NCBI GenBank assembly: GCA_964543995.1
Contig: CAZJBB010000002.1
Location: forward strand, 2,757 to 66,756
Reading direction: 5' to 3'
From: an uncultured Bacteroidales bacterium
Lineage (GTDB): Bacteria; Bacteroidota; Bacteroidia; Bacteroidales; CAIXTV01
Length of the DNA: 64,000 nucleotides
Shown: piece after piece, positions 1-9,400 of the stretch
Layout: the number at the start of each line of letters is the position of its first letter
Position numbering within the stretch: the stretch's first letter is position 1
The notes under the pieces: generated by a model
Told to the model about the DNA's origin: nothing
Databases searched by the model: none
What the model saw: the letters and a program-made list of their open reading frames with translations, nothing else
Position numbers and translations under genes: made by a program

Positions 1-359
1 AGAATGTCTGCCCCGAAAATATAAAACAAGGGATCGAAATCGAATTTACCCTGAAATATAGCAATGAAAAGGTGCAAGGTGCGACCCATATTCAATAATA
101 TCCCCAAAAGAAACAGCAGCACCCCTCTTTTTAGAAAATACCCAAACGATTTTTGTGAATTGGCCAGAAAATACCCCATCACGGCAATAAAAACCGGTGC
201 ACAAAAAGGCCCGCCAAGAAAGAATGTGATGTTACCGAAAAGGGAATTGCTTACTTCTGCTGAAGCAAATTTTTCCATGATATGAATTTGTATCATGAAA
301 ATGACAGCCAGACCTTTTAGGATGTCGGCGGTTTGATTTCGGGTAATTTTAATGTCCAT
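1..359 (-). CDS. Membrane acyltransferase-like protein (DUF1624 / heparan-alpha-glucosaminide N-acetyltransferase-like); N-terminal part only, 3' end lies outside the window
   Basis: My reverse-complement translation from the ATG at 359 gives MDIKITRNQTADILKGLAVIFMIQIHIMEKF...GGPFCAPVFIAVMGYFLANSQ...LLFLLGILLNMG. It stays open to position 1 and has hydrophobic TM segments. It is absent from the ORF track because there is no stop inside the window. The listed + ORF 64..285 is antisense to it. Confidence 0.55.
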   Translation of the reverse strand, partial: MDIKITRNQTADILKGLAVIFMIQIHIMEKFASAEVSNSLFGNITFFLGGPFCAPVFIAVMGYFLANSQKSFGYFLKRGVLLFLLGILLNMGRTLHLFIAIFQGKFDFDPLFYIFGADI

Positions 360-575
360 ATTGCAATGGTTTTATATTACAAACATAATAAAAGATACGC
401 AACAATTCAATGTCTCAGCTATTTAGCGCCGAATTTATAACGAAATGGCTGAATTTACCCATGAAAACAGTAGAACCCTATTTGGGGTTCCCTCTTTTAT
501 GGATTTAAGCGCTTTTTTTCTAAATCAAATCTTCGAAGAGCCTTATGCAACGAATAAAGCCCTTAATCGTTGCAT

Positions 576-913
576 AATCTGCAACGATTATGTTGGGTTG
601 TTTAATCTCGGCATTAAAATCAACCGATAAAGTTTTGATACGAGTTTTAAGTAAAGCGGATTTTTGGAATAAGCATTCAAAAACAGTAATAAACGAGAGA
701 CAGAAAACAAAAATAAAGAAATTACTGGATGGATTTGAAGGTAAGCTGTCCTCAATGAAATGGGCGAAGCTTGGAAATTGCTCAAAAGACACCGCTATAC
801 GGGATATTAATGATTTGATAAACAAAGAGATATTACAAAAAGAACCGGCGGGTGGCAGAAGTACAAATTATGAGTTGAAAAAACGAAAAAACATCCTTGG
901 GGTTATAAAATAA
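576..913 (+). pseudogene. C-terminal remnant of a Fic-family (DUF4172-Fic type) protein; the Fic catalytic core is absent
   Basis: ORF 590..913 reads ...KADFWNKHSKTVINERQKTKIKKLLDGFEGKLSSMKWAKLGNCSKDTAIRDINDLINKEILQKEPAGGRSTNYEL. This is the typical C-terminal winged-helix tail of long Fic proteins. The frame opens only after a stop at 575, and no HPFxxGNGR motif occurs upstream in any frame. Confidence 0.5.
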
Positions 914-930
914 TTCTTAAAGGTTAAACG

Positions 931-1875
931 TTACTCCTTTACCACCTTCTTATAAATCAACTTTCCATCATAATTAAACCGTATGAAATATACCCCGGGC
1001 GCATAACCCGAAGTGTATAAAGTTTGTTTCTCATGCATTTCACCTTTATACAACAATTGCCCAATGGCATTATAAATATCATAAGAAATAGGAAGCGTAT
1101 TCCATTTGGCCTCTATGGTAAGTTCATCTGCCACGGGATTGGGATATACTATGATGCTGCCATCGGGAGTGGGAATTATAGGCTCGCAATTTACTACGCT
1201 GACGTCATCTACTAAATAGTACGCATCATGCAAAGAAGCATTAGATATTGCAATATGCTGAACTTCACTGCTATCCAAAAAACATCCAATGGTGATAAAT
1301 TGCTCTCCACCTTTTGCAATATAGGCTCCTGAAATTGGAACCCAGTTTATAGTGTCATTTAAAATATTGCCAACCGAGTTTTCAATGGATGGGGTTAGGA
1401 GTATAGGGGTTGAACTGAGCGTAATTAAGCTATCTGAAGTAAATACTAAGCCGATGGCATCAATGGCCCATTTAAACCCTGAATTGTTTACCCAAAATTC
1501 CACGCAATACTTTTTGCCAGAATCAAGGGGTTGAATTAATTTTACTTCTAAGTACTCACGATAAGGCACTTCTTGCTCCCAAAAAATAAAACCGGCATAA
1601 GCATTTCCAGTCTTAGCAAATTGATTTCCAAACAATATGTTTGGAACTCCAAAGAACCCATTAATAGAATTATTACATGAATTATAATAATCGGTAGAAC
1701 TAGATAGATTACCGGTGAAATCTGTCATGCCGGCAAACCAAGGCACAGCGTAGTAAATTTCACTTTGCATTGTAGGGCAGGTAATGAAATCTTCAAAACT
1801 TGGATTCGGGACAAGGTTCTGAGAATTAGCTGAAGAAACAGCTAAAATAAATACTAGAATAAATATTTTTTTCAA
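931..1875 (-). CDS. Secreted T9SS cargo protein of unknown function (N-terminal NLVPNPSFE jelly-roll-like domain, C-terminal T9SS sorting domain)
   Basis: Signal peptide ...SSANS|QNLVPNPSFEDF. C-terminal motif YPNPVADELTIE...GVYFIRFNYDGKLIYKKVVKE is typical of type A Por secretion tails. Paralog of 2356..3297. Confidence 0.8.
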   Translation of the reverse strand: MKKIFILVFILAVSSANSQNLVPNPSFEDFITCPTMQSEIYYAVPWFAGMTDFTGNLSSSTDYYNSCNNSINGFFGVPNILFGNQFAKTGNAYAGFIFWEQEVPYREYLEVKLIQPLDSGKKYCVEFWVNNSGFKWAIDAIGLVFTSDSLITLSSTPILLTPSIENSVGNILNDTINWVPISGAYIAKGGEQFITIGCFLDSSEVQHIAISNASLHDAYYLVDDVSVVNCEPIIPTPDGSIIVYPNPVADELTIEAKWNTLPISYDIYNAIGQLLYKGEMHEKQTLYTSGYAPGVYFIRFNYDGKLIYKKVVKE

Positions 1876-1884
1876 TTGTAAAAA

Positions 1885-2337
1885 CTAACGGCTTATTACA
1901 ATTTTTCCATACCCAAGTTCTTGTTTTTCAGAATTCACTCTGAAATAGTATAACCCATTCTTAAGTCCCTTAGTATTAATTATAATTGCAGACTTTAACT
2001 GCGTATTCACACTTTTAACCAATTCCCCAAGCATATTGTATATTTCAATATTTACAGGGATTTCCTCATGATAATTACTAAACTCGATGGTAAAGGCATT
2101 TTGTGCCGGATTGGGATAATATTGTAACCCAATCTGAAAATGATTGGGGTGGATGGGGGCATACTGTACCCGATTTTCATCGGGGTCATAATCGAGCAAA
2201 ATACGGGCGGTATTTACAACATCTATGCTAATATTGTTTTCGGTAATCCTAGTAAAATTGCATTTTTCGGCTTTAATACTCTCAAGTGGGAAAGCTAAAG
2301 TAAAAATTGCCCAGAACAGAATAGATTTTTGTTTCAT
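1885..2337 (-). CDS. Small secreted T9SS cargo protein, unknown function
   Basis: Signal peptide MKQKSILFWAIFTLAFPLESIKA. C-terminal YPNPAQNAFTIEF...GLYYFRVNSEKQELGYGKIVISR is a T9SS sorting domain. Confidence 0.7.
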   Translation of the reverse strand: MKQKSILFWAIFTLAFPLESIKAEKCNFTRITENNISIDVVNTARILLDYDPDENRVQYAPIHPNHFQIGLQYYPNPAQNAFTIEFSNYHEEIPVNIEIYNMLGELVKSVNTQLKSAIIINTKGLKNGLYYFRVNSEKQELGYGKIVISR

Positions 2338-2355
2338 TTTAATTTTATTGAATTA

Positions 2356-3297
2356 TTACTCCTTTACCACCTTCTTATAAATCAACCTTCCATTATAATT
2401 AAACCGTATGAAATACACCCCTGGTGAATATGAGGCTGTATACAAAATTTGCTTTTCCTGCATTTCTCCTTTATACAGCAATTGCCCAATGGCATTATAA
2501 ATATCATAAGAAATAGGAAAGGTATTCCATTTGGCCTCTAAGGTAAGTTCATCTGCCACGGGGTTGGGGTGCACACTGATACTACCATCGGGAACTGGAT
2601 TTACCGGATCACAATTCACAACACTTACATCATCAACTAAGTAATAGGCGACAGGGTGATTAATATTAGTGCATGCTTGATAATTAATATCAACATTGTC
2701 TAAAAAACAACCAATGGTAATAAATTGCTCTCCTCCTTTTGAAATGTAATACCCTGAAATAGCAATCCAATTCGTTGAGTCCGCTAAAATGTTCCCAGCA
2801 GGATTTTCAACTGAAGGAGTCATAATTATGGGGGTGGCTCCGGTAGTTATCAAACTATCATCGGTAAATACCAAACCTATTGCATCAATAGCCCATTCAA
2901 AACCGGAATTGTTTACCCAAAATTCTATGCAATACTTCTTACCGGAATCAAGGGGTTGAATTAATTTTACTTCTAAATATTCGCTATAAGCTACAGGTCT
3001 CCAAAAAATAAAACCTGCATAGGCATTTCCGGTCTTAGCATACTGGTTTCCAAATGCAACGCTCGGAACTCCAAATAACCCATTAATAAAATTATTACAA
3101 GAATTGTAGTAATCTGTTGAACTTGACAAATTTCCATAGTAATCTTTCGTTCCTGCAAACCAAGGCACAGCATAGAAAATTTCACCTTGTTGGGTAGGAC
3201 AGGTAATAAAATCTTCAAAACTTGGATTAGGGACAAGGTTTTGACTTTTAACTCCAATTGTCAACATTACTAGCCAACAAAAAGTAAATACCTTCAT
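2356..3297 (-). CDS. Secreted T9SS cargo protein, paralog of 931..1875
   Basis: Same architecture, with long identical blocks (QNLVPNPSFEDFITCPT, LEVKLIQPLDSGKKYC, GGEQFITIGCFLD, ISYDIYNAIGQLLYKGEM). The 3' 31 nt are identical at DNA level to 931..961. Confidence 0.8.
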   Translation of the reverse strand: MKVFTFCWLVMLTIGVKSQNLVPNPSFEDFITCPTQQGEIFYAVPWFAGTKDYYGNLSSSTDYYNSCNNFINGLFGVPSVAFGNQYAKTGNAYAGFIFWRPVAYSEYLEVKLIQPLDSGKKYCIEFWVNNSGFEWAIDAIGLVFTDDSLITTGATPIIMTPSVENPAGNILADSTNWIAISGYYISKGGEQFITIGCFLDNVDINYQACTNINHPVAYYLVDDVSVVNCDPVNPVPDGSISVHPNPVADELTLEAKWNTFPISYDIYNAIGQLLYKGEMQEKQILYTASYSPGVYFIRFNYNGRLIYKKVVKE

Positions 3298-3474
3298 GAT
3301 AATAATAGGAAGGATTTTTGTTTCATGTTGGTTGATTTTATTGTAATAAAGCTTTAACCGAAATTACTATTTTATAAGTAGTGTTATTCGATAAAATTAC
3401 AAAAAATATTTCTTGTATCAACTCAAATGAAAGGATGCTGAATTGTTTTTTTGTTGCCGACTCCGATATTTCAA

Positions 3475-4977
3475 TTAAAACCTAAACCAATGTTCATAGT
3501 CTTTAATTGATTTTTCAGGAATGGTTTTGTGGTAAAACTCGTTGGTTTGGCAATGATATTCGTAAGCATTCCCCCATTCCGTATGGTTTTCGGCTACCAG
3601 CTTAATGGCATCGAGAATAAAAAGCAATTCCTTATTGGTCATGGTTGGATGCAGCGACAAACGAACCCAACCGGGTTTTAAGGAAAGGTCTCCCGATTCA
3701 ATTTTATCGGTAATCTCATGAGAATGTCTTTTATCCACATCCAACAAATAATGACCGTAAGTGCCTGCACAAGAGCACCCTCCTCTCACTTGTATTCCAA
3801 ACCTATCGTTTAACAGCTTTACAATTAAATTATGATGAATGCCCTCGATATAAAATGAAAAGATACCTAAGCGATTTTCAATATTATCAGCCAAAATATG
3901 AAGGTGGTCGATTTTCCTAAATTTCTCAAAAGCCATGAGGATTAATTCCTTTTCTCTAAGGTGCATGTTTTTCATGCCCATTTCTTCTTTCAAGACTATG
4001 CATAATGCGGCTCGAATGGTTTGCAAAAATCCGGGAGTACCTCCGTCTTCACGGGTTTCTATGTCGGAAATGTAGCTATACTGCCCCCAACGATTGGTCC
4101 ATTTCACAGTACCACCCCCGGGCTGGTCGGGAGTTTCGTTTTTATACAGTTTTTTGTTGAAGATCAGAACGCCTGAACTTCCCGGTCCCCCTAAAAACTT
4201 GTGAGGGGAAAAAAATATCGCATCTAAACATTCTTCCGGACGTTCGGGATGCATATTTATGGGTAAATAAGGTGCTGAAGCTGCAAAATCGATAAAACAC
4301 AAGCCCCCATATTCGTGCATAATGCCGGCCAATTCATAATAAGGTGGAATGTATCCGGTAACATTAGAACAACCTGAAAATGAACCAATTTTAACCTTTC
4401 TGTCTTTGTACTTTTCCAATTGATCTCGCAAACTTTGAGGATTCACCAATAAATTTTCATCCGGAGTAAGGATCACAACATCGGCAATCGTTTCGAGCCA
4501 GGATGTGTGATTAGAATGGTGTTCAACATGGGTTAAAAAAACCACCGGTTTGTTTTCCGGTTGAATGAACTCCAAGCAGTTGTATTTTTGGTTTTCCGAT
4601 AGTTTACAAAAAGATTTTACATTGTCCGGAAGTTTAAGTCCCAAAATTCGTTGCAGTTTACTAATGCAACCCGTCATTCCGGTTCCACTCATCAAAATTA
4701 CATCATCCTCATGGGCATTCACATGAGCCTTAATGATTTTTTGGGCTTGTTTATAGGCAAGGGTCATGGCATTGCCCGTTTCGCTGGCTTCCGAATGCGT
4801 ATTTCCTACCAAAGGGCCAATTTCGTTTTTCATCTTTTCTTCAATAGGCGCATACAGCCTGCCACTGGCAATCCAATCGGCATATACTAAAGACTGTTTA
4901 CCATAGGGGGAGTTGAATTGGGTATGATTCCCTATGATGTTTTGTCTATACTTTTCGAAAAATAATTCAAGGTTCAT
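3475..4977 (-). CDS. Aminotransferase class V-fold PLP-dependent enzyme (cysteine desulfurase / selenocysteine lyase-like, long 500-aa form)
   Basis: PLP-lysine context FFSPHKFLGGPGSSGVLIF, the HVEHHSN block and C-terminal VRGGCSCAGTYGHYLL. Confidence 0.85.
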   Translation of the reverse strand: MNLELFFEKYRQNIIGNHTQFNSPYGKQSLVYADWIASGRLYAPIEEKMKNEIGPLVGNTHSEASETGNAMTLAYKQAQKIIKAHVNAHEDDVILMSGTGMTGCISKLQRILGLKLPDNVKSFCKLSENQKYNCLEFIQPENKPVVFLTHVEHHSNHTSWLETIADVVILTPDENLLVNPQSLRDQLEKYKDRKVKIGSFSGCSNVTGYIPPYYELAGIMHEYGGLCFIDFAASAPYLPINMHPERPEECLDAIFFSPHKFLGGPGSSGVLIFNKKLYKNETPDQPGGGTVKWTNRWGQYSYISDIETREDGGTPGFLQTIRAALCIVLKEEMGMKNMHLREKELILMAFEKFRKIDHLHILADNIENRLGIFSFYIEGIHHNLIVKLLNDRFGIQVRGGCSCAGTYGHYLLDVDKRHSHEITDKIESGDLSLKPGWVRLSLHPTMTNKELLFILDAIKLVAENHTEWGNAYEYHCQTNEFYHKTIPEKSIKDYEHWFRF

Positions 4978-5070
4978 AAGTTCTTTTCAGCGTAAAAGCA
5001 AGCAGGATTTCGCCTGTTTTGGAATGCCATGGGTAATTAAATGAATACAAAGGCTGTAAGCTTATTAGGC

Positions 5071-5388
5071 TTAAGGAGCACAAGTATAATTGCTGATACT
5101 CAATACATTTTGATGAATAAAGTCCAATTCAATTTGAGTAATCATTTTTTCCGATACCTGGATGCTCTCTAATTGAGGTATTTCTTTAATATCATCCTCA
5201 GTATGGATAAGAATACAATCACAATCATTAATTAGACTCCAATCCTTGTTTATGGCATGTTTTTCTTTTTTACGAAAGGCTTCAGATACTATGGTTTCTC
5301 CTGAAAATGTGATAACCTTAAAGAATTTAGCATCAAGGGCTGAGGTTGAAATCCATATATAGTCGTTGGTGGGGATAGCAATTTTCAT
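5071..5388 (-). CDS. Small hypothetical protein, possibly NifB/NifX-like (dinitrogenase FeMo-cofactor-binding fold)
   Basis: The MKIAIPTND... start and overall length resemble the NifX/NifB-C family, but the usual HFG motif is not present. Co-directional with the class V aminotransferase, 93 nt downstream. Confidence 0.45.
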   Translation of the reverse strand: MKIAIPTNDYIWISTSALDAKFFKVITFSGETIVSEAFRKKEKHAINKDWSLINDCDCILIHTEDDIKEIPQLESIQVSEKMITQIELDFIHQNVLSISNYTCAP

Positions 5389-5508
5389 TTGGATTTATTT
5401 TAACAGGGCTAAATTAAGCCTAATATGCACTGAGAATTTAAAAATGCCGTGACATTCTTTATTGGATAATGTAAGAATCAATACGCAGAGAAATATAATA
5501 ATATTACT

Positions 5509-5516
5509 TATTTTTG
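5509..5516 (+). promoter_or_regulatory. Bacteroidota -7 promoter box TATTTTTG for the Crp/Fnr gene
   Basis: Matches TAnnTTTG, 26 nt upstream of the ATG at 5542. Confidence 0.4.
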
Positions 5517-5529
5517 TGATGAATATCAC
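5516..5529. promoter_or_regulatory. Perfect palindrome GTGAT-GAAT-ATCAC, a candidate Crp/Fnr-family operator
   Basis: 5+5 bp inverted repeat with the 4-bp spacer characteristic of FNR boxes (TTGAT-N4-ATCAA). It abuts the -7 box and covers the expected transcription start of the adjacent Crp/Fnr gene. Confidence 0.45.
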
Positions 5530-5541
5530 TTAATACTATAT

Positions 5542-6246
5542 ATGGACACCCAAAATGTACCCGGAACCAAATTTAATTGCAGCCAATGTTCTGATAGATC
5601 CTGTGCAGTGGCGCATTTAACAGAAAGTCAATTGGAGTTGCTGAACAATAACAGCATAGAAACCGGCATTAAGAAAGGGGAAATTATTTTGCATGCAGGC
5701 GCCATGAACTCAAGCATTATATACCTCAAAACCGGTTTTGTAAAAGAATATTTATCCAATCGAAAAAACAAGAACGAAATCCTTCAGATTGTAAAACACC
5801 ATTCCTATTTGGGACTACAGTCTTTGTTTGGCGATAAGTTTAATCATTTTTCATATTCTGCCTTGGAGGATTTGAAAATCTGCTATATTGATAATTCTAT
5901 TTTCAGACAATTAATCAAAGAAAACGGTGATTTTGCCATGGAAGTCTTACAATGTATCTGTAAGGAAAATCTCAATTTAACCCACCGCATGGTGAATCAA
6001 AATTATAAAAAAGCAGATGGGCGATTTGCCGATATTCTTCTGTATTTATCACAGGATATATTTGAGAATCAAACCTTTGAACTTCCCTTTTCGAGACAGG
6101 AGCTGGCCGATTTGATTGGCCTTTCGAGAGAAAGTGCCATTCGGGTTTTGTCGGCTTTTACCTCCGACGGCATCATTAAAACGGAGGGTAAGAAAATTGA
6201 AATTCTGAATATGGATTTGGTGCGAAAAATAAGTGAAAACGGCTAG
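5542..6246 (+). CDS. Crp/Fnr family transcriptional regulator with an N-terminal Cys cluster (FNR-like)
   Basis: cNMP-binding-like domain plus C-terminal HTH (FSRQELADLIGLSRESAIRVLS). N-terminal C13-x2-C16-x4-C21 (NCSQCSDRSC). Confidence 0.85.
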   Translation: MDTQNVPGTKFNCSQCSDRSCAVAHLTESQLELLNNNSIETGIKKGEIILHAGAMNSSIIYLKTGFVKEYLSNRKNKNEILQIVKHHSYLGLQSLFGDKFNHFSYSALEDLKICYIDNSIFRQLIKENGDFAMEVLQCICKENLNLTHRMVNQNYKKADGRFADILLYLSQDIFENQTFELPFSRQELADLIGLSRESAIRVLSAFTSDGIIKTEGKKIEILNMDLVRKISENG

Positions 6247-6290
6247 GAAATTAGCTGCCCTGGGCAAAACGTTGAACCAACTGAAACTGT

Positions 6291-7547
6291 TTACAATAAA
6301 TTCAACCGTGAGGAATCCTGTTTGATAAAGATAAACAGCATGATGGTAAAAGACCATAAGGAAGATCCTCCATAGCTTACAAAGGGCAAAGGAATCCCAA
6401 CTACCGGGAACAATCCCATGGTCATTCCCACATTTACTGTAATATGGAAAAACAGCACCGAGGCTAAGCAGTAGCCATAGATCCTACTGAAGGCCGATCG
6501 CTGTCGTTCGGCAATGAAAATAATGCGGGTGATTAAACCGATAAACAATGCAATTAAGGCAAAACTACCCACAAAGCCCCATTCCTCACCCACGGTACAG
6601 AATATAAAGTCGGTGCTTTGCTCCGGAACAAAATTGTATTTGGTTTGGGTGCCGTTAAGGAATCCTTTACCCCAAAATCCACCCGATCCAATGGCAATTT
6701 TGGATTGATTTACATTATAGCCGGCTTTTTTCAGATCCACTTCTTTGCCAAGCAATACTTCAATTCTTGCTTTTTGGTGGGGCTCCAAATGATCGAAAGC
6801 ATAATCCACACTATAAATAAATCCGGCAGTCAATAAGTACAATCCAAACAAGATTAAGAGAATTTTCCTGTTTTTTCGGATGATCCAAAACATAATTAAA
6901 GCCACTGCCGAAACAATGATGAGGATAATTAATTTGTCCAGCATGAGCGTAGCAAAGAACAAAACAATCACAATCAGCCCTAAAATCAGAATGTTTCCTG
7001 AAAGACCTTCACGATAGAGCATGAAAATCAATGAAGTAAAAACCAAGGCTGAACCGGTATCATTTTCTAATAAAATAAATAAAACGGGTATCAGAATGAT
7101 AAAAAAAGTAATGAACTTGGTCTTTTTATACTGTATTTTAACATCCAAGGCACTTAAATATCTTGCTAAAGCCAAGCTGGTGGCCAATTTGGCAAACTCC
7201 GCCGGTTGTATACCCACATCTCCCACCCCAAACCAGGATTTGGATCCGGAAATCTCTCTCCCTACAAAAATCACCAAGAGGAGCATGATCATATTCAACC
7301 CATAAATAACGAAGGCAAAAGTGTTGAATATTTTAGGGTCTATGAGTAAGATGGTCAGCGACAAGACCAAGGAACTCAGTATCCAAATAAATTGCTTTCC
7401 CGAGTTATGGGTAAAATCCAAAATGCTCCGGTGTTCTTCGGAATAGACAGCCGCATAAATGTTTATCCAACCTATTCCAACAATGGCCATGTATAAGAAT
7501 ACCATGACCCAGTCGATGTTTTTGAATATGTTGATTCGTTGGCGCAT
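6291..7547 (-). CDS. rodA: Rod shape-determining protein RodA (SEDS family peptidoglycan polymerase)
   Basis: Polytopic membrane protein with QPAEFAKL, SQTKYNFVPEQSTDFIF and PLPFVSYGGSS motifs. Immediately downstream of PBP2. Confidence 0.9.
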   Translation of the reverse strand: MRQRINIFKNIDWVMVFLYMAIVGIGWINIYAAVYSEEHRSILDFTHNSGKQFIWILSSLVLSLTILLIDPKIFNTFAFVIYGLNMIMLLLVIFVGREISGSKSWFGVGDVGIQPAEFAKLATSLALARYLSALDVKIQYKKTKFITFFIILIPVLFILLENDTGSALVFTSLIFMLYREGLSGNILILGLIVIVLFFATLMLDKLIILIIVSAVALIMFWIIRKNRKILLILFGLYLLTAGFIYSVDYAFDHLEPHQKARIEVLLGKEVDLKKAGYNVNQSKIAIGSGGFWGKGFLNGTQTKYNFVPEQSTDFIFCTVGEEWGFVGSFALIALFIGLITRIIFIAERQRSAFSRIYGYCLASVLFFHITVNVGMTMGLFPVVGIPLPFVSYGGSSLWSFTIMLFIFIKQDSSRLNLL

Positions 7548-7552
7548 CTTGA

Positions 7553-9367
7553 TTAATAAATTTTGGCATTTACCATATTATCCTCCACGTCTTTTCGGGT
7601 AACCTTACCGGTGATAAATTTCTCTATCATCAAACTGGCAATGGGCACCGCCCAGGTGGCTCCAAAACCCGCGTTTTCAATAACCACACTGATGGCAATT
7701 TTGGGGTTGTCTTTGGGAGCAAAAGCAATAAAAATGGAGTGGTTTTTTCCATGGGGATTCTGAGCCGTTCCTGTTTTCCCGCAAATTTTATATTCATCGT
7801 TTTTAGCACTGGAGGCCGTTCCGGCTTCCACTACCATAAGCATAGCGTCGGCAACAATATCGAAATATTTTGCATCGATCAGGGTTTTCTTCTTTTCTAA
7901 AAACTTGGGATTGGGGTTTTGTTGCTTGCCGATAGACTTAACAATATGAGGGGTGTAATAATATCCGCGGTTGGCTAAAATGCCGGCTAAGTTTGCCAAT
8001 TGCAAAGGCGTAATGCCAATTTCTCCTTGCCCGATAGCCAATGAGATAATGGAAAGCGATTTCCAACGGTTTTGCCCATGATACTTATCATAAAAGTTAG
8101 AAGTAGGGATATTGCCCCTTAACTCACTGGTTAAATCGCTATTCAAATGCTCTCCTAACCCAAAACTGGTAACATATTTACGCCAGTCATCATAGGCTTC
8201 TTTAACCGATGCATATTTTCGATTGTCAATCATGGCACGGAAAGCCCGACAGAAATAGGCGTTGCATGAAACGGCAATGGCATGCATTAAGTCCAATGGA
8301 GAAGGATGCGGATGGCATTCTACATTGATGCCCCCAAAGTGAAATCCCCGCTCGCAAGAAAATGCCGTGGATGGCGTCAGTACTCCTTCTTGTAAACCTA
8401 CCAAGGCATTGACCAATTTAAAGGTGGAACCCGGCGGATACTTTGCCATTAAGGCTCTGTTAAACAATGGCTTAACAGGGTCCTGAAGCAATTTCACATA
8501 GTTTTGAGTCCTCACCCTGCCTACCAAAAGGTTGGGATCGTACGAAGGGCTGGTAACCAAGGCTAAAATTTCCCCGGTTGAAGGCTGAATGGCTACGATG
8601 CTGCCTCTTTTGTTTTTCATAAGCAGCTCACCATACACCTGAAGATCTGCATCCAGGGAGGAGTATAAGTTCTGGCCCGGTATGGGAATGGTATCGTACA
8701 AACCTTCTCTGAAACTGCCTTTTACCCTATTTAAGTTATCCACCATCATAATGGTACAGCCATTTTTCCCTCTTAATACCTCTTCGTATGATTTTTCTAT
8801 GCCACTGATGCCAATATAATCTCCCGGTTTATAGTAAGAACCATTTTCAACGGCCGCATTGTCCACTTCGCCAATATACCCCAAGGTATGAGCCGCAATG
8901 GGCAAAGGGTATTTACGCAAAGTTCGGGATTGAAAGTAGAATCCCGGATATTTATACAATTTTTCTTCTATAAAGCTATACTCTTCTTTGGAATATTGCT
9001 TTTCGAATACCGAGGCTTTGTAGGGAGAATACGAATAGGCTTTCGAAAATCGACTTTTGAATTCTTCTTTGGTTATGCTCAGCATTTTACAAAAATCCGT
9101 GGTGTCGAAATCCCTAATTTGCTTTGGAATGACCATTAAATCGTAAATGGCTTCGTTATAAGTAAGCAGCTTTCCGTTTCTGTCGTAAATCAATCCTCGG
9201 GGTGGATACACGGTTAATTCCCTAAGTACATTTTTATTGGCTGAAATGATAAATGAATCGTCAATCAGTTGTAAAACAATCAATCGCAGAATAAAAATAA
9301 AACCAACCGACCAAAATATGGCGGTGATGATAAGTCGTCGACCGGCTAAGGATTGTTTAAGTACCAC
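7553..9367 (-). CDS. mrdA: Penicillin-binding protein 2 (peptidoglycan D,D-transpeptidase MrdA)
   Basis: N-terminal anchor, then the transpeptidase motifs STFK (PPGSTFKLV), SCN (AVSCNAYF) and KTGT (CGKTGTAQ). GTG start. Confidence 0.9.
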   Translation of the reverse strand: MVLKQSLAGRRLIITAIFWSVGFIFILRLIVLQLIDDSFIISANKNVLRELTVYPPRGLIYDRNGKLLTYNEAIYDLMVIPKQIRDFDTTDFCKMLSITKEEFKSRFSKAYSYSPYKASVFEKQYSKEEYSFIEEKLYKYPGFYFQSRTLRKYPLPIAAHTLGYIGEVDNAAVENGSYYKPGDYIGISGIEKSYEEVLRGKNGCTIMMVDNLNRVKGSFREGLYDTIPIPGQNLYSSLDADLQVYGELLMKNKRGSIVAIQPSTGEILALVTSPSYDPNLLVGRVRTQNYVKLLQDPVKPLFNRALMAKYPPGSTFKLVNALVGLQEGVLTPSTAFSCERGFHFGGINVECHPHPSPLDLMHAIAVSCNAYFCRAFRAMIDNRKYASVKEAYDDWRKYVTSFGLGEHLNSDLTSELRGNIPTSNFYDKYHGQNRWKSLSIISLAIGQGEIGITPLQLANLAGILANRGYYYTPHIVKSIGKQQNPNPKFLEKKKTLIDAKYFDIVADAMLMVVEAGTASSAKNDEYKICGKTGTAQNPHGKNHSIFIAFAPKDNPKIAISVVIENAGFGATWAVPIASLMIEKFITGKVTRKDVEDNMVNAKIY

Positions 9368-9400
9368 GGATTAAAAAATGCTTCAAAAAAGTATAATCTG

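Noticed and set aside
64-285. 73-aa plus-strand ORF at the window start
   Set aside because: The opposite strand gives an uninterrupted membrane-protein reading frame from 359 to 1 with a convincing acyltransferase-like sequence.
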